Source: Amoebophrya sp. A120 (lineage: Eukaryota; Protista; Dinoflagellata). Taken from it: a DNA stretch of 64,000 nucleotides. The stretch is from positions 114,344 to 178,343 of the forward strand of contig CAJINV010000013.1 in NCBI GenBank assembly GCA_905178155.1. The letters run 5' to 3'. Positions 47,001 through 60,642 of this stretch are shown piece after piece (the first letter of the stretch is position 1; each line of letters begins with the position of its first letter). The notes under the pieces were generated by a model. It did not search any database and had not been told where the DNA came from. It saw only the letters and a list, made by a program, of their open reading frames with translations. The position numbers and the translations under genes were made by a program.

Positions 47001-48329
47001 TTGCGAAGGGTCGGTGATGCGTATCGAAGAGCAAGGCTATTGATGTTGCACGCGAGTAGTGTAAGCGGCTTGCTTTCGCGAAACAGGGCTTCACTGTCTC
47101 CCATCTCGATCCGCTTGGCATTTGATGATTCGTACCAGAGGAGCGACGCTTCCACTGTCAGTTTCACGAGCTCTTCACGAAACTCCCAATCTAAAGAGCC
47201 GAAAGTCAAATCTTCGCCAAAATGTGGATACATGTCTTGGATGCTGTCTCCGACCGAAAAACTCCCCCTTCATACTGTAATCCTAGAAATGGAATGTTTT
47301 CTTTGTAATTAAACACAAAAGTTACATTCTTTTTTTAGATAGAAGAACCTTGTCGACCAATCGATTCACTCGTTATAGGGAATCTCTGAGATAAGATGTC
47401 GTCATACATCAGCAGAAGTCTACTTGATGATGATGCAAACCTCAAGTTGCAAGGGGAGAGATTTTAGCTTCGGATTTGAAAGGGGAGTTCCTCCGCGTGG
47501 ATATTTTTTCAACCAGGCATATGCCGCCTAGCTGAAACCTACGGCAACAACATCCACCATCAAAAAAATTATTATCGGCGTCGTCCGGAAGATCGTAATC
47601 ATCCCAGGTATCATCTTCAGCTTCGCTATCAGCTACAACATCTCCGTCGTCAACAGGGTAGTTGAACTCGTCAACATGTTTCTTTCGTAAGAAACGCAGG
47701 TCCCGCGCAGAGATGCGCTGCAGATGGGCGCGAGCGAATTCGAGCGCTTGCTGAGCACGACCATCGAAGACGACCTGAATTTCGCAAGCTTTCTCCTCGT
47801 CAGCGGTCTCGCCGGTTGGAATCGGGAAGCGTCCATCCCATACTATGCACCTTTCTTCGTCCTGCAAAAATGTAGAAGTGCTGCTCGAACATATGGTTTT
47901 CTTTAGACTCTTTGTCTCATCCTCAGCTTTCTGGCTACGCCCATGGGGCCCGACAGACATAGTCGCCACTGTAATTGGCTCGGATGCTTTTGTTTCTTCA
48001 TCACAGCGTCCCGAAAAGCTGGAGCGAACTTTTTCGACGATTTCTGTTGGCAAAACAACTCCTTGACCAGCCAATGAAATTTCTGCACCGGCGGTTCGAC
48101 CTGCAATTAGGTGGGTCTTCACTTCGCGGAGCAAAATCTGTTTTTCGTCTTTTGGCACGATGATAGTTCCCAATGTGTTTCCGCCAAGATCGCTCACTTT
48201 CACTTGCTTGCAGGAAGCGTTTTCTAATACCTTCGCAGCTGGCTCTGTTCCGTGGGGAAAAAAAATGTTTTCTGTCCGCAACCGCAGGTGAGCGTCCGCG
48301 CCGAGGAGTGCGTTAACAGCAGGAGCCAT
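44052..48329 (-). CDS. DUF4116-repeat protein, copy A (4 exons)
   Basis: LALRYASPTLRNDAEVVEVAV and GLALEHASPRLRQNKEIVRAAV repeats; N-terminal ubiquitin-like-looking VSDLGG...LREVK segment; intron stems at 47247-47503, 46457-46698, 44933-45276. Confidence 0.85.
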
Positions 48330-49700
48330 GCTGATGAGACTTTCTCTATCGGATGTGTGAAAGTAAAAGTCTTATGTGCGTGCGGATTTGCTATTGCAGC
48401 GACTGGCAAGTACGCAACGAGGTCACTGTCTGATGGGGTGTTGCGTTTCTGATTTGAACATTGAGTCTTTGCTTCGCGACATTTGAATGCGATGCATCGG
48501 CGACTCATATAGAGACACTCTTGCCAAAAAAAGTTATTTGTTGCACCAACGTGCAAGATGCTCATATTTATCTAGGCAGAAGAACGTGACTTGATCATCG
48601 AAGATGCGCTGGACGTCGACGTCCTCTCGTAATTTGAAAGTATCTTTTGAAGGTCACACTTTTCACTACCCAATGGTCCAAGTACACACCCGACCAGTTG
48701 TTTTTATATTTTTTTATGATCAATGATAAATTTCTAAAGCATACCAGGCAACTTCTAGAATTCTAATTTATTGCAGAAGCGTGATTGACGAGGCACTTTT
48801 ACGATGTTCAGGCACTGAAACCGCACGAGAAAACTTCAACACAAAATTCAACACTTTCCGCAAAAAAAGACAAAATTTGACTTTCAATAAGACCGAACAA
48901 AGAGATCAGCACCGCCCCAACTACAAAATGACATGGTTTATTGTTAGAACACTAATACCACCATGTAGGGCGGTGTACACCCTACAGCACTAGTATCCAC
49001 GTAACTGTTGCATTGGGGAAAGGAACAAGTTCATCATCATCATCACATCATCATCTCTCGATTTGCATCGCTCTTCGCTCGGGATGGAGTGATTTCAGAT
49101 CGTGGATTTCAGGCGGTTTGCATCGTGTCATCAGATCTACATGGTGATTTGATCTGCATTACATTTATCTATCCAGCTGAAAGATGTCAAGCCGACGCGC
49201 TACGGAATTAAGGTGGGAACTCGAGCAAAGACAAAACCATTTCGACGGTTCGTTTTATTTGAATTTTCTTGTCTTGCATCAGAATTATCCACGTGCACAA
49301 CTTGCGTTCAAATTTCTTCGTAGCTTCGTCTTGTTCTCATCTATCCTCTTGAATAAAACCATCATACAAGAATTGCGATGTTACTGAAACTGCCATCGGC
49401 TGAACGGAAATAAATCTATCATCCACAATGGTCACACTTTTTTACCGTTGAGCGCTTATCTTACTCTTGTTTCGATCGAACCAGTGCAAGCGCCTCACTA
49501 CCCTTTCTTGTGCAACGCAAAGTCAAAGATTGCAAGAAGACGGTTGCTATGTGCTTGTCAGTAATGAGCACGTTCGTCCAACAAGCCCTGGTCTGCTCAT
49601 TTGAGCTCAAATCGCACATCTTGTTCGAGGTGCCTAAACCCCTTCGGCAGGTATTTTCCCCCCGGACTTAGATCCCGTAGTGGACATGCTAAATGGGCTC

Positions 49701-52700
49701 TTAGGTAGCTCGGGAAGAAAGACGTGCCTCTGCCGTGCTCAGCAGCGTCGCTTTCTCGGGCGTTTTGAATGCATCAGGGAGTCGGAATCGCAGAAATTGT
49801 TCCGGAGCCGAAAACCGTGACAGGCGCGCGGCACTCGTCTGCCAGGTCACTTCCGGCGCAACGCTCTTGCGGCTTCGCTCGTATTTGGACCATGCGCCAG
49901 CATCGCATGGTGGGCATCTTCTGCGTGCGAGCTCCGGACAGTTCATTAAAGCGAAACCCACTAAATTGCCTATTTCCAGTGGCTCGCCACACAGGTTCAA
50001 GAAGGCATCTTGGACTTCAAGCGAGGCCCGAACGGCTTTCGGAAACAGGTAGTATAAGTCTACACCGGAATCCGTCTCGCGTAGCGCTGCGAGTGCGTAT
50101 TGCTCTGCGTCCTCCTGAATGGAATAGAAAGGCGAATTCTCGTCTTCCAGATTCATGTGGAAAAACAAAACGGCGGAAAACAAAGGGTTTTCGGATTTGA
50201 TTCCTGCTAAAATGACGCTGCGCTCCAGGTTGCGCCCACTCCGAGTGACGGTTTCCACGTAGAACTCTCGCTGGACAAAGGGATCGCTTCGCATCACCTG
50301 CGGTATTTCATCCAGGCTCTTTGGTACCTTACCCGGATGACGCAGTCCAAGAGAGGTGCGCAGGTCCCGCAGGGTTAGGCGTACAATCGCCGGTACATCA
50401 GCAACTAGCGGATGAATGTGCTCGTGGTTCGCTACAGCAAGGCGGAGCGCAGCTTCTAGCAGTTCCGAGTCGTCGCATGGGTTGTCGTTTGTATACGGCC
50501 AATAAGTCTTGAGGAAGCGCTTGTCTTCGTAGGGTGGTGTGGTCGGCTCATCCAACTGCGCCGAGTGCGACAGAAACATCTCTCTGATCAGATGGTTATG
50601 GACAAGAAGAAGATCCACATTCCCCATGGTTTATTTATACAAATACACGTAATTTGTCACGCTGCTGTCGCGGATAGCGCGATCAATGCCATTTCTGTAT
50701 GTCAAATATCGAATGTCAATAGAAGAATCCTGGAACCTGCGCTCTGTCCTGGATTTTTTTCACATTCCAGCGCGAGCGCAAGGCGTGTTGACGCAAAGCG
50801 GGCTGCCACATATGCTCCACCCACCACAGAAGTGATAAGAAGACCAAGCCGTGATACTAGGGATCAAAACAAGAAATGCACAACATTCATCAACAAATGT
50901 ATCTTAACACGTGTCGGGAAGGTGAAGGCTTCGCTTCCTTTCATACGCAGCATCGCTTTGCAGCGTCTCTGGTGCGTGGTGCAACAAACCGCCTGATTTC
51001 ATCGCTATCTTGACAAGGTTTCTGTCGCTTCGAAAGGCCGGTGGGAGGAACTCGAGCATTTTTCCGTCCAGCCGTAGTACTTCTTCTACAACGCCAGGGT
51101 AGTTTGGCATGTCAGAGGAAAGAAATTTCAGAAGCGAAGGATACACCATTAATGCACGTGAAGACAGATCCGGTCTTGCCTGTCCTTGCAGCAACATGTC
51201 CCGCACACTTTCGTCGTCGGCATTCCAAAATACTTCGGCACATGTGTCCTCCATTAGCTGGACTATGAAGTCAGGATCTTTGCGAAGAGCGCTCCCGGCA
51301 AAAAGGAGGGCGTCATGATTGTGCGCAACTGCGCTTCTTACGATCTCCCGGTTTTGACGAAGCCGTGGACTCGCATGTTCGAGGGCTAGTCCATCAAGTT
51401 GTACGCAACGAGACACTACTTCTTCCGAGTCACGAATTCGATCCTGCAAAGGCGATTCATACTGCAACACCAAGGCGGACAGCTCTTCCGGAACACTGTC
51501 GTACTCCTCTTCTTGAACGTCATCAAAGCGGGCTGCTAGACCTGGAAGCGTGAAAGGTTCCCACACACCGACGTCGATCGGGTTTTCGCAATGTGGGTAG
51601 TGGTGGTGCTGTAGGCAGCATACTGCATTACAGACGTGTTCGCCGTCACCGCAGAAGTCACTTATTTGAATGTAGCGCTGCATCAAGCATGCTTGTCTGC
51701 GGACGGTTTCATCACGTTTCTGATAGCGAAGCCGCTTGTTCCCGTCCTTGTACTTTAGCAGCGCCAGCGAGCAAGACGAGCACTGGTGTGTGCGGGAGGT
51801 CCTTCTGATGCGCGCCGGGGCGACATTGTCAATCGCAATCGTTGTGAGTGATCCCGGGCAGTGGCTCTGAGATGGAGTTCTGGCTGCCATACGTTTACCT
51901 ATCGGTACTTGAATCTGCCAGTCGGTGCGCAGCATCGGGCTGGCGCCATCGAAAAGTTCTCGCAGGAGGGCTTGGTCGCATCGGAAGTCCTTCTTGGTCA
52001 CAAATCGAAGTGCGTACGGGTTTTCGCGCAGTGCATCGGCGACAATGTGTTTGTCAACAAGCTCAGGATCGCAGTACTTGAGTGCAAGACCGTTGGATTG
52101 AACTGCAGTCCGTAGCAGGTCCCTGGTCTGATTCTCTGAGTATGCCGTTGTCGCCAACATGCGTCTTTTCCTCTCGTGCCTGCAGAATGCTGGCCCAAAC
52201 CCAAAGCAACGCTAGTTCATAAAGGTGCCTATTGTTATGTTGGAAAATACGCAGATAACACACGTACTGCAATACAAAAACGTGTGCTGTCTGCCATGCA
52301 TAACTCCCTAGCTTTGGTGTCCGGGACACGAATGATGCTGCGTGGAGCTGAGAGATGCATGCGTATGGCATTTTCATAATGAGTTGAAGAACTTAAGAGC
52401 TGGAACTCCGTCTTTTTGGGCCGCTGCCATGGCCAGCTCGATAGATTCTCGATAGGCTTCGGCGACGTAACGCAGGACCCATGGCTTGTGCGCGATGGCC
52501 AGTCGAATGAGATCATGATGTTCGTGGAGCTCACCACGGAGATATTTGTACGCCCAACCATTTTGCTCAATCGCCGAGAGAGCAATATCGAAATACTCTA
52601 GCGAGGAACGAATCGGCACGGTCGCGAAGCGAAGGGACCGCCAGTCTTTTCTAACGGCAACCTCGACCACCTCTGGATCGTTGCGGAGCGTCGGCGATGC

Positions 52701-53977
52701 GTATCGAAGCGCAAGGCCACTGATGTTGCAGGCGAGTATTGTGAGGGGCTTGCTTTGTCGAAACAGGGCTTGACTGTCTCCCATCTCGATCCGCTTGGCA
52801 TTTGATGACTCGTACCAGAGAAGCGACGACTCCACAGTCAATTTCACGAGTTCTTCACGAAACTCCCAATCTAAAGATCCAAAGATCACATCTTCGCCAA
52901 AATGTGGATAGATATCTCGGATGTTGTCTCCACACAAAAAACTAACCTTTCCAAGCATAGTCCTGGAACCCATACCCATTTATTCTAGATGTAGTGAAAA
53001 ATAAGTGTCATTGAAGCAGGCTGTCCCCGTATGCACGAATCTGCAATGGGAACGCGATCGGTCTGCAATCTTCAAGATGGTATTTAGTCATACATCAACA
53101 GCAGGCTTGATGATGATGCAAATCTTCAGTCACAGGGCTTGAAAGGGAAGTTTCTCCTCGCGGATATTTTTTCAACTAGGCACATGTCACCCAACTCAAA
53201 TCTACGACAACAACATCCACCGTCAAAAACCTCGTTATGCGCGTCGTCCGGAAGATAGTATTCATCCCAGGTATCATTTTCAGCTTCGCTATCATACACG
53301 ATATCTCCGGCGTCAACAGGGTAATGGAACTCATGATCGTTACTTTTTCGCAAGAAACTCAGGCTCCTTTCAGAGATGCGCTGCAAATGAGTGCGAGCAA
53401 AGTCGAGGGCTTGGTGAGCGCGACCGTCGAAGGCAACCTGAATTTCGCAATCTTTCTCTTCGTCAGCTATCTCGCCGATCGGAATCGGGAAGCGTCCATC
53501 CCATACTATGCATCTTTCTTCGTCCTGGAAAAATGTAGAAGTGCTGCTCGAGCTCATGGCTTTCTTTACATAGTTGGTCTCACCCTCAGCTTTCTTGCCA
53601 CGCCCATGGGGCCCGACAGATGTAGTCGCCACTGTAATTGGCTCGGATGCTTCTTCATCACAGCGTCCCGAAAAGCTGGAGCGAACTTTTTCGATGATTT
53701 CTGTTGGCAAAACAACTCCTTGACCAGCCAATGACTTTTGTGCACCGCTTCGAACTGCAACCAGGTGGGTCTTCACTTCGCGGAGCAAAATCTGTTTTTC
53801 GTCTCTTGGCACAATAATAGTTCCCAATGTGTTTCCGCCAAGATCGCTCACTTTCACTTGCTTGCAGGAAGCGTTTTCTAATACCTTCGCAGCTGGCTCT
53901 GTGTCGTGGGGAAAAAAAACGTTTCCTGTTCGCAGGTGAGCGTCGGCACCGAGGAATGCGTGAACACTAGGAGCCAT
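49701..53977 (-). CDS. DUF4116-repeat protein, copy B (4 exons)
   Basis: Close paralog of A including flanks; intron stems at 52927-53166, 52141-52378, 50597-50945. Confidence 0.85.
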
Positions 53978-54630
53978 GCTGATAAGCCTTTTTCTATAGG
54001 ATGTGTGAAAGTAAAAGTCAATTATGTGTGTGAGCATTTGCTTCTGTAGTGACTAGCACAGCATACGGAGCGAGGCCACTGATGGGGTGTTACGTTTCTG
54101 ATCTGCGCATTGAGTTTTTGCCTCGCCTCACGACATTTGAATGGGATGCATCGGCGAGTCATATGCAAAGGCTCTTGCCAAAAAAGTTATGTGTTGCACC
54201 AAGGTGCTGGGTGCTCATTTTTGTCTAGGCAGGAGATTGTGACTTGATCATCGAAGATGCGCTGGACGTCGACGTCCTTTAATTTGGAAGCATCTTTTGA
54301 AGATCACACTTTTCACTACCCAATGGTCCAAGTACGCACCCGATTTATATTCTATTTTTATATTTATGATCAATGACAAATTTCTAGAGCTTACCGGGCA
54401 ACCAGAATTTTACTTTATTTCAGAAGCGTGATTGACGCGGCAACTTTACGATGTTCGGGCACTGAAACCGCACGAGAAAGCTTCAACACAAAATTCAACA
54501 ATTTCCGCAACAAAAAACAAAAGTTGGCTTTCAACAAGACCGAACAAACAGATCAGCACCGCCCAAACTACAAAAGGACATGGTTTATCTATTCAGCTGA
54601 AAGATGTCAAGTTTGAGTTTGAGCACTAGA

Positions 54631-54716
54631 TTCGAGGATTTTTCTGTCCAGCTGCAGTACTTTTTCTGCAATATCAGGGTAGTTGTCTGCCATCTCCGAG
54701 GAAAGAAATTTCAAGA
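54631..54716 (-). pseudogene. ~85-bp orphan fragment of a DUF4116 exon
   Basis: Closely matches 45383-45463 of copy A. Confidence 0.7.
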
Positions 54717-55078
54717 ATCAGCTTTTGAGAGGCCAACGAAAAAAAAAAACTGCTCTACTACCTCTGTGTACCGCACCCATAGTTGCGTAGGCTTCAATAC
54801 CTCTGTGTATCGCACCCACATTTGCGCAGTTTTGGTAACTATTTTGATGCCTCTCCGAGGCAATATTACACATTGTGATTCACCGATGCTTTGCTTGGCA
54901 GCTTGCGACCCAGTCGCAGAAGATCGCTCAAAATGATCCAAAACGTCTTGTCCAAGATGTGACCGCAGGAGGATCTCATTTACGCACAGGCCTCCGTCGC
55001 GCAGCCAAATTCGAGACCCACTAAGTACTGTGCTCAAGTCTCACTCACACAATTATCTATAATACTATTGGAAAAATT

Positions 55079-56118
55079 CTGGCGGGCGGGGGGGTGCAAG
55101 GTGCTAATAGAAATGCTGCTAGTAGAATCGTGCTAGCAGAAAAATGAGTACTAGTAGAAATCCTGCTAGTGTTTTTAGCGTGACAAAAACGCGAAGAAGG
55201 TACTAGTGACAGGCGCCACTAGTGAAGGCGCCCACTAGTAGAGGCACTAGTGACAAAAAGCCCGACTTTGGGGAAAGCGAAAACACTAGTGAGGAAACCC
55301 GCCAACGCAGCTCGGGCGAGAATCCCCGATGGAAACACAATAGACCAGCAAAAGCTCGCCCGGGCCGCCTGTCAAGGGGCCTCGGGCAGGGCACGGCGCC
55401 TGGGGCTGCGGTCTCCCCTTGCCGAACACTCTCTCGTAGATGTCTTCAGGCCGGGCTTCGTCGCATGCCGATGGGGCTTTTCGGCCTCGCCGGGGCTGCC
55501 CGATTTTGCATGCCCCGCGCCCTTTGGGCGACCGGGCGTGCTTCCGGTTCCTTTACGGCTCGCCTCCTCGGCCTATTTGGGCGCTTTTCCTTTCGTTTCC
55601 AGGGCTTTATTTTCCCTCTTCCCCGGGCGCGGGCTTAGGCCTGTCTACTTTTTTTGCGGCTGTCAGGTTTCTCACGAGAACCACCCGCAACGCCCGCCCT
55701 GCCTTCCCGCTGCCGCCCTGCCTGCTCTGCTTTGTCTTTGCTTGGCGCTAGCCGTGTTTCCTGTTTTTCGGCCGTCGGCGCGCTCTTTTCGTTCTCTTTC
55801 CTGTGATTAACCTCCCGGGCCTTCGAAAAGGGTCTTGGCACGCTCTCCGCAGGACCTGTTTGTGGCGGCTCGGACAGGGGCTAGGCTGTGCGCTCTCTAG
55901 CGCCCCCTGTGCCTCGCGGCCTTCTCTCTACCTGCACTTCTTTCGTTCCCGCCGACCGAGGGAGGTACGCCAGGGGCGCTGCTGTTTCTCTTTTTCGCCT
56001 GTTGTGCCAGCATGGTTTGAGGCTGTAGCGCTAGGCGCTACCCTGTAGGAACTTTCTCCCTCGCTCCCCCTTGCACCCCCTCGTCGCCGGGCCGGCGGGC
56101 GCGGAGCGCACGCCCGTT
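55079..56118 (+). mobile_element. Non-autonomous Helentron-like element
   Basis: Asymmetric subterminal IR (55079-55101 versus 56069-56090), 3' GC hairpin CGGGCG...CGCCCG (56096-56116), TT at both ends, internal CTAGT repeats, no credible ORF. Confidence 0.6.
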
Positions 56119-56821
56119 CTAGATAAGTACTGTGTTCAAGTCTTACTCACCGCGAGAGAGGCATTGTATCTAGATCTGTTCATCGGCAGCACACATGATT
56201 TCAGTCATTGGAGATTTTTCATTTATGTAGCAACAACGCCACTGCTGGCGCTCGTCATATCTTTGCAAAACTTCCTCATTTCGAAAGACGCCTGTAATCA
56301 GAGGGGGCGCTTCTCGTGTGAAGCCAGCCGGCTCAGGAATGAACATAGCCGACGCGCCACGAACCGAGCAAAGGCGAAGCGATACACTTACATGGTTCGT
56401 TCCTATTTTGTCCTCGTATCTTCGTCATCATCCACATGCACTTTCTTTGCAATCAATCTTAGTTTCAGGGTCGGATGGAAATCATCATACACGTGTGAGC
56501 ACAGCCTTCAAAAGTCCTTCTTGATGCGTAATGACTAGAAAAGAAATGGCAGCACGTGCCAAGGTCGGGGTATATATAATGATCCACATGAGCTTGTTTC
56601 TTGTTGCGTAAAACTATTCTAAAACCATGCCAAGGTAAGATTATCTATCAGAAGGTATGTGTGGCGACTTTGGTACTGAAGTGTTCGGGCGTACTGTCAT
56701 GTGCAGGCGTACTGTCAGCACCACCAGTCACGGTTGCAGTCAGTCCCTCCTGTTCTGCTCGAGTAATGCGTCAACATGACCGACTGCGAGCACTGTTTTT
56801 GTCGAAGCCAAAAGCAGACTG

Positions 56822-59800
56822 CTAAGCACCTAGACCAAGTAAGAAGTAATAGAAATCGCGTCGCTCTTTTGCATTCTGGACCTGAGCTGCCTTCTCTGGG
56901 TTCATGTGCGTCCATGGAATGCGCAACCTGAGACACCTTGTCATAGGACTGTATTCGCTGCTAGTGTGCCAATTTATTTCAGGCACGCTGCATTTACGAT
57001 TCCTCTCAAAGATAGACCAATCTCCGGCGTAGTTGTTGCGCCCGTTCATACGGACAAGTTCGGTACAATGCATCAAACACAAACCCATCATATTTCCGAT
57101 TTCTAGTGGTTCGCCACACAAGTTGAGAAAGGCATCTTGAATCCGAGTCGAGTGGCGAACGGCTTTTGGAAACAGAAAATAGACTTCAGCTCCCCAGTCG
57201 GTTTCCTCTAGGCTTGTTAGCGCGTACTGTTCGGCATCTTCCCTCGACGAGTAGAAAACTGAGGCCTTATCGTCGATGTTCATGTGGACGAAAAACTCAA
57301 TGCAGAACGCCTGTGTCCGCTTCAGTCCGGTGATGATCGTGGAACTGGGTAGATTTTGTCGGCTCCTTCTCACCGCTTCGACGTAAAACTCACACTGCAC
57401 TATCGGATCGTTTTGCAACCAAGCAGGAACTTCATCAAGGCCGTTCAACGTTTTGCCCGGATTGTCCCGACCAACGAACGTGGCACGGAATTGCGGCAAG
57501 GCCGTGTAAAGCAGGGACGGAAAACGGTGCAAAAACGGCCGAACATCTTCTTGAGTCGCAAGCCCAAGTCGCATTGCAGCCTGCAGCAAGGCTGGATGGT
57601 CGGTGCAAATGCTATCATTCTTGATTTGGTCCCAAGGTGCTTTGACGGCGTAGCACAGCTCCCACGGGCAGGAGCCGGGTGTGTCAAGCTTCGCGGCGTG
57701 AGCGAGAATCATGCGCGCTGCGAGTTTGCTATGCACAATAGAGTGCTGGCCTCCTTATGTCTTTCGTCCAAATCATCTGGGTGCTTTTGTCTCTTAATTT
57801 TTTGTCATGATGCCCGACCGAAAAAAACGCTACCAAAGTTGTTCAGTACAAAATTCTTTTCGTCGCAGCTATGCATGGCCATGAATTTTTTATGCTAGTA
57901 CATGATCGGCCCTCGTCATTATGTTTGCAAGTAAAGACGAGAAAGACCCATTGGAAATAAAAAAACAGTTGAGCAGAACAAGGGGCCAGCTCTCTGTGCA
58001 TATTCACGGTCAGTTCGCAGGGATTGATGCGCGTCGTTCAAAGAGCCTCCCGACGCGATTGCGATAGCCACGCAATCTCGGTTCCCTTGGATTGCACCGT
58101 CTGCAAAGGCAAGGACCGTTCCATCAATCTTCAAAATTGGCAGCACAATCGCGGGGTCACCCTTTGATGTGTTTGGGGCAAACTGCAATAAAGACGGATA
58201 CGCTCGCAAAGCTCGCATGTGAAAATCGCACATACTCTTCGTCTGAAGTAACACTTTCTGCACATTTGTCGCGTCTGCGTTCCAGAATGCTTCCCTGCAA
58301 GCTCCTTCCATCAACTCAAGTACAAAGTCTGGGTCGGTGCGGAGATTTTCAGCCGCAAACAGCAGGGCATCGTGATTCTGAGAGACTGCCTCCTTCACGA
58401 TTGCACGGTTTCCACGAAGTCGCACGCTCGCGTGCTCGAGACATAATCCATCAAGCTGAACACAGCGCCGAACGATCTCTTCGTGATCACAAACAGCTTC
58501 CGACGGCGATTTTTGCAGTATGAGGCACGGAAGGTCCTCTGGCACATCGTCAAATTCCTCTTCTTGGAGATTTGCGAAGCGCTCCTCCAATACCGGACTG
58601 TGCTCACCCTCCGCGGTGGCCGGATAAATATGCTTCTGCTTGAAGCACACAGCATTGCAGATATGCTCGCCGTCTCCGCAAAAATCAGCAACGTGGATGT
58701 AGCGCTGCATAAGGCAAGCCGTTCGCCTGAGTGGCTCATAACGCACGTGCCAACTGCGAACTCGCGTATGGTAATGGTCTTTTATTGCGTCCACACGACA
58801 AGAGGAACAAAGGTAACGCTTGGATGACAGAGAATTACTAGTGGAGGCCACAGTCAAGCAGTTTCTGTCGCTTTCAGCTCCTTCCTCGCAAACACCAGAA
58901 CCACATTTCATGGCTGTCCCATCAACTTCAACATCGCTGCTCCAGGGCGAAGCGTAGATCGGTTTTCGACTATATGTTCCCGCTTCAGGAGGCACGGCCG
59001 TGACGCTCCTACACATGTTTGCGTCGTCGCTATTTAGTTTTGGCGGAGGTGTGGGAAGGTGCCAGTTTGTTCGCAAAACGGGACTTGGACCGCGAAACAT
59101 TTTCAGCAGTACGTCCACGTTATTGCGTATTTCGGCGTCCTGCACAAATCTTAGTGCGTACGGGTTCTGATGCAGGGCGATATCAACTATGGACGTGTCG
59201 ACTAGCTCTTGCGCACAATACTTTAGCGCGAGGCCATTAGACCGCACAGCGGTTTTCACCAGCTCCTTGGTTTGCGAGTGCGGGTTGGAGAACTTCAGCG
59301 CAGGGACACCGTCCACCATGGCTGCTGCAGTCACTACTTCTCGACAGTGTCGGTTCGGTTCGGGAGCATAACGTAGGACCCACGGTTTGTGCTCGACCGC
59401 CAGGCGAATCAGCTCCGTACAATGTCTAAGGTCTCCACACAGATACCTGTACGCCCAGCCGTTCTGCCGGATCGCGCACCGAGCGATTTCCGCATAAGTC
59501 AATGACTAACGAAGCTCGGCACTTGCAAAACGCAATGAGCGCCAATCAGCTTGCACTGCAACCTTGACGACTTCAGGATCTTGACGAAGTGCTGGAATAG
59601 CGTAGCGAAGTGCCAACCCATTGATCTCGCATGCTATGGTGGTAAGTTCTTTGCTCGTGCGAAAGAGAGATGAACTGCTCCCCATCTGAATGCGCTTCGG
59701 ATTCGAGGAATGCCTCCAGCGCATGGAAGCCTCCACTGAAAGCTTGGACAACTCCTCCCGGAACTCGAAATCTCCTGTGACGGGTTTCGGATCCACGCCG

Positions 59801-60642
59801 TGAGGGTACATTTCTTTAATTTTCAAGAGCAGACATCCTGTGCCATCATCATGGCAACAATCCCCGTGGTAGCTGTTTTGCGCCGCGAGTTCAAAATTGT
59901 CTGCGGCGTCGCCTCCCACGTAGCCATCCTCAGAGGCAATAGTGAAGTCTGAAACGGGTGGGTTTGCAAAAAGAGCTTGATTCCGGAGAAATTCCATGTC
60001 TTCATCGGATATGCGGAACAACCTCTCTTTCGCGTATTCAAGCGCCGCCTGTGCTCGGTCATCAAAAACCACCTGTATTTCTGTCAATTGGTCCTGGTCA
60101 TCGAAGCTCACTGGAATGTCGAAACGTCCGTCCCAGACGAGCCAAGTAGCCTTTCGCGATGAAGCTCTGTCTTCGTTGTCGGAGGCCGGGTCAAGTGGTT
60201 CTGCGAGCACGGACTCACCGGCGCCAGAAATGTGTTCACTACAAGCTTGAGGTCGTGCAACAGGGTCGGGCTCCTCCACTTGCGGCTGCGCCAGATCTTT
60301 GTCCTCATGAGCTGGAGATACCGGCGACCGATCCTTCTCATCAGCACCTTCCGAACTACCCGCAACAGTCCCTGCCACGCCTTTACGCTTGCGCATGACT
60401 TTTTGCTGGACCAATGCTCCTATTCCGACAAGCGAGCTCCGATCTGGCAAAACACTGGCAAGATGTTTTTTCACGTGCCGCAGCTGCACGTAATCAGTCG
60501 CAGATGGAACAAAAAGCTTGCTGATAGTGTTACCCGCAAGATTGTTGATTCTCAGGCACTTTGTACCTCCCGCAGTGCCAGAACCCTCATCCCACCGATC
60601 TGCCTCTGCCGGACCCGGAGGTTGTTGTTTCTTAGCGCGCAT
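56822..60642 (-). CDS. DUF4116-repeat protein, copy C (1 intron; in-frame TAG at 59506-59508)
   Basis: Colinear with A/B and continuous across their introns 1 and 2; intron stem at 57730-58002. Confidence 0.8.

Noticed and set aside
52922-53167. U12-type AT-AC intron (ATATCC...AC) in copy B
   Set aside because: No TCCTTAAC branch site, copy A ends in GC, and the TAT stem +5 model explains both.
54758-54830. 39-bp tandem duplication
   Set aside because: Only two degenerate copies with no further structure.
56270-56330. TGA aligned to TGG between the C and D downstream regions
   Set aside because: Coding status is not shown and nearby indels break the frame; likely UTR.
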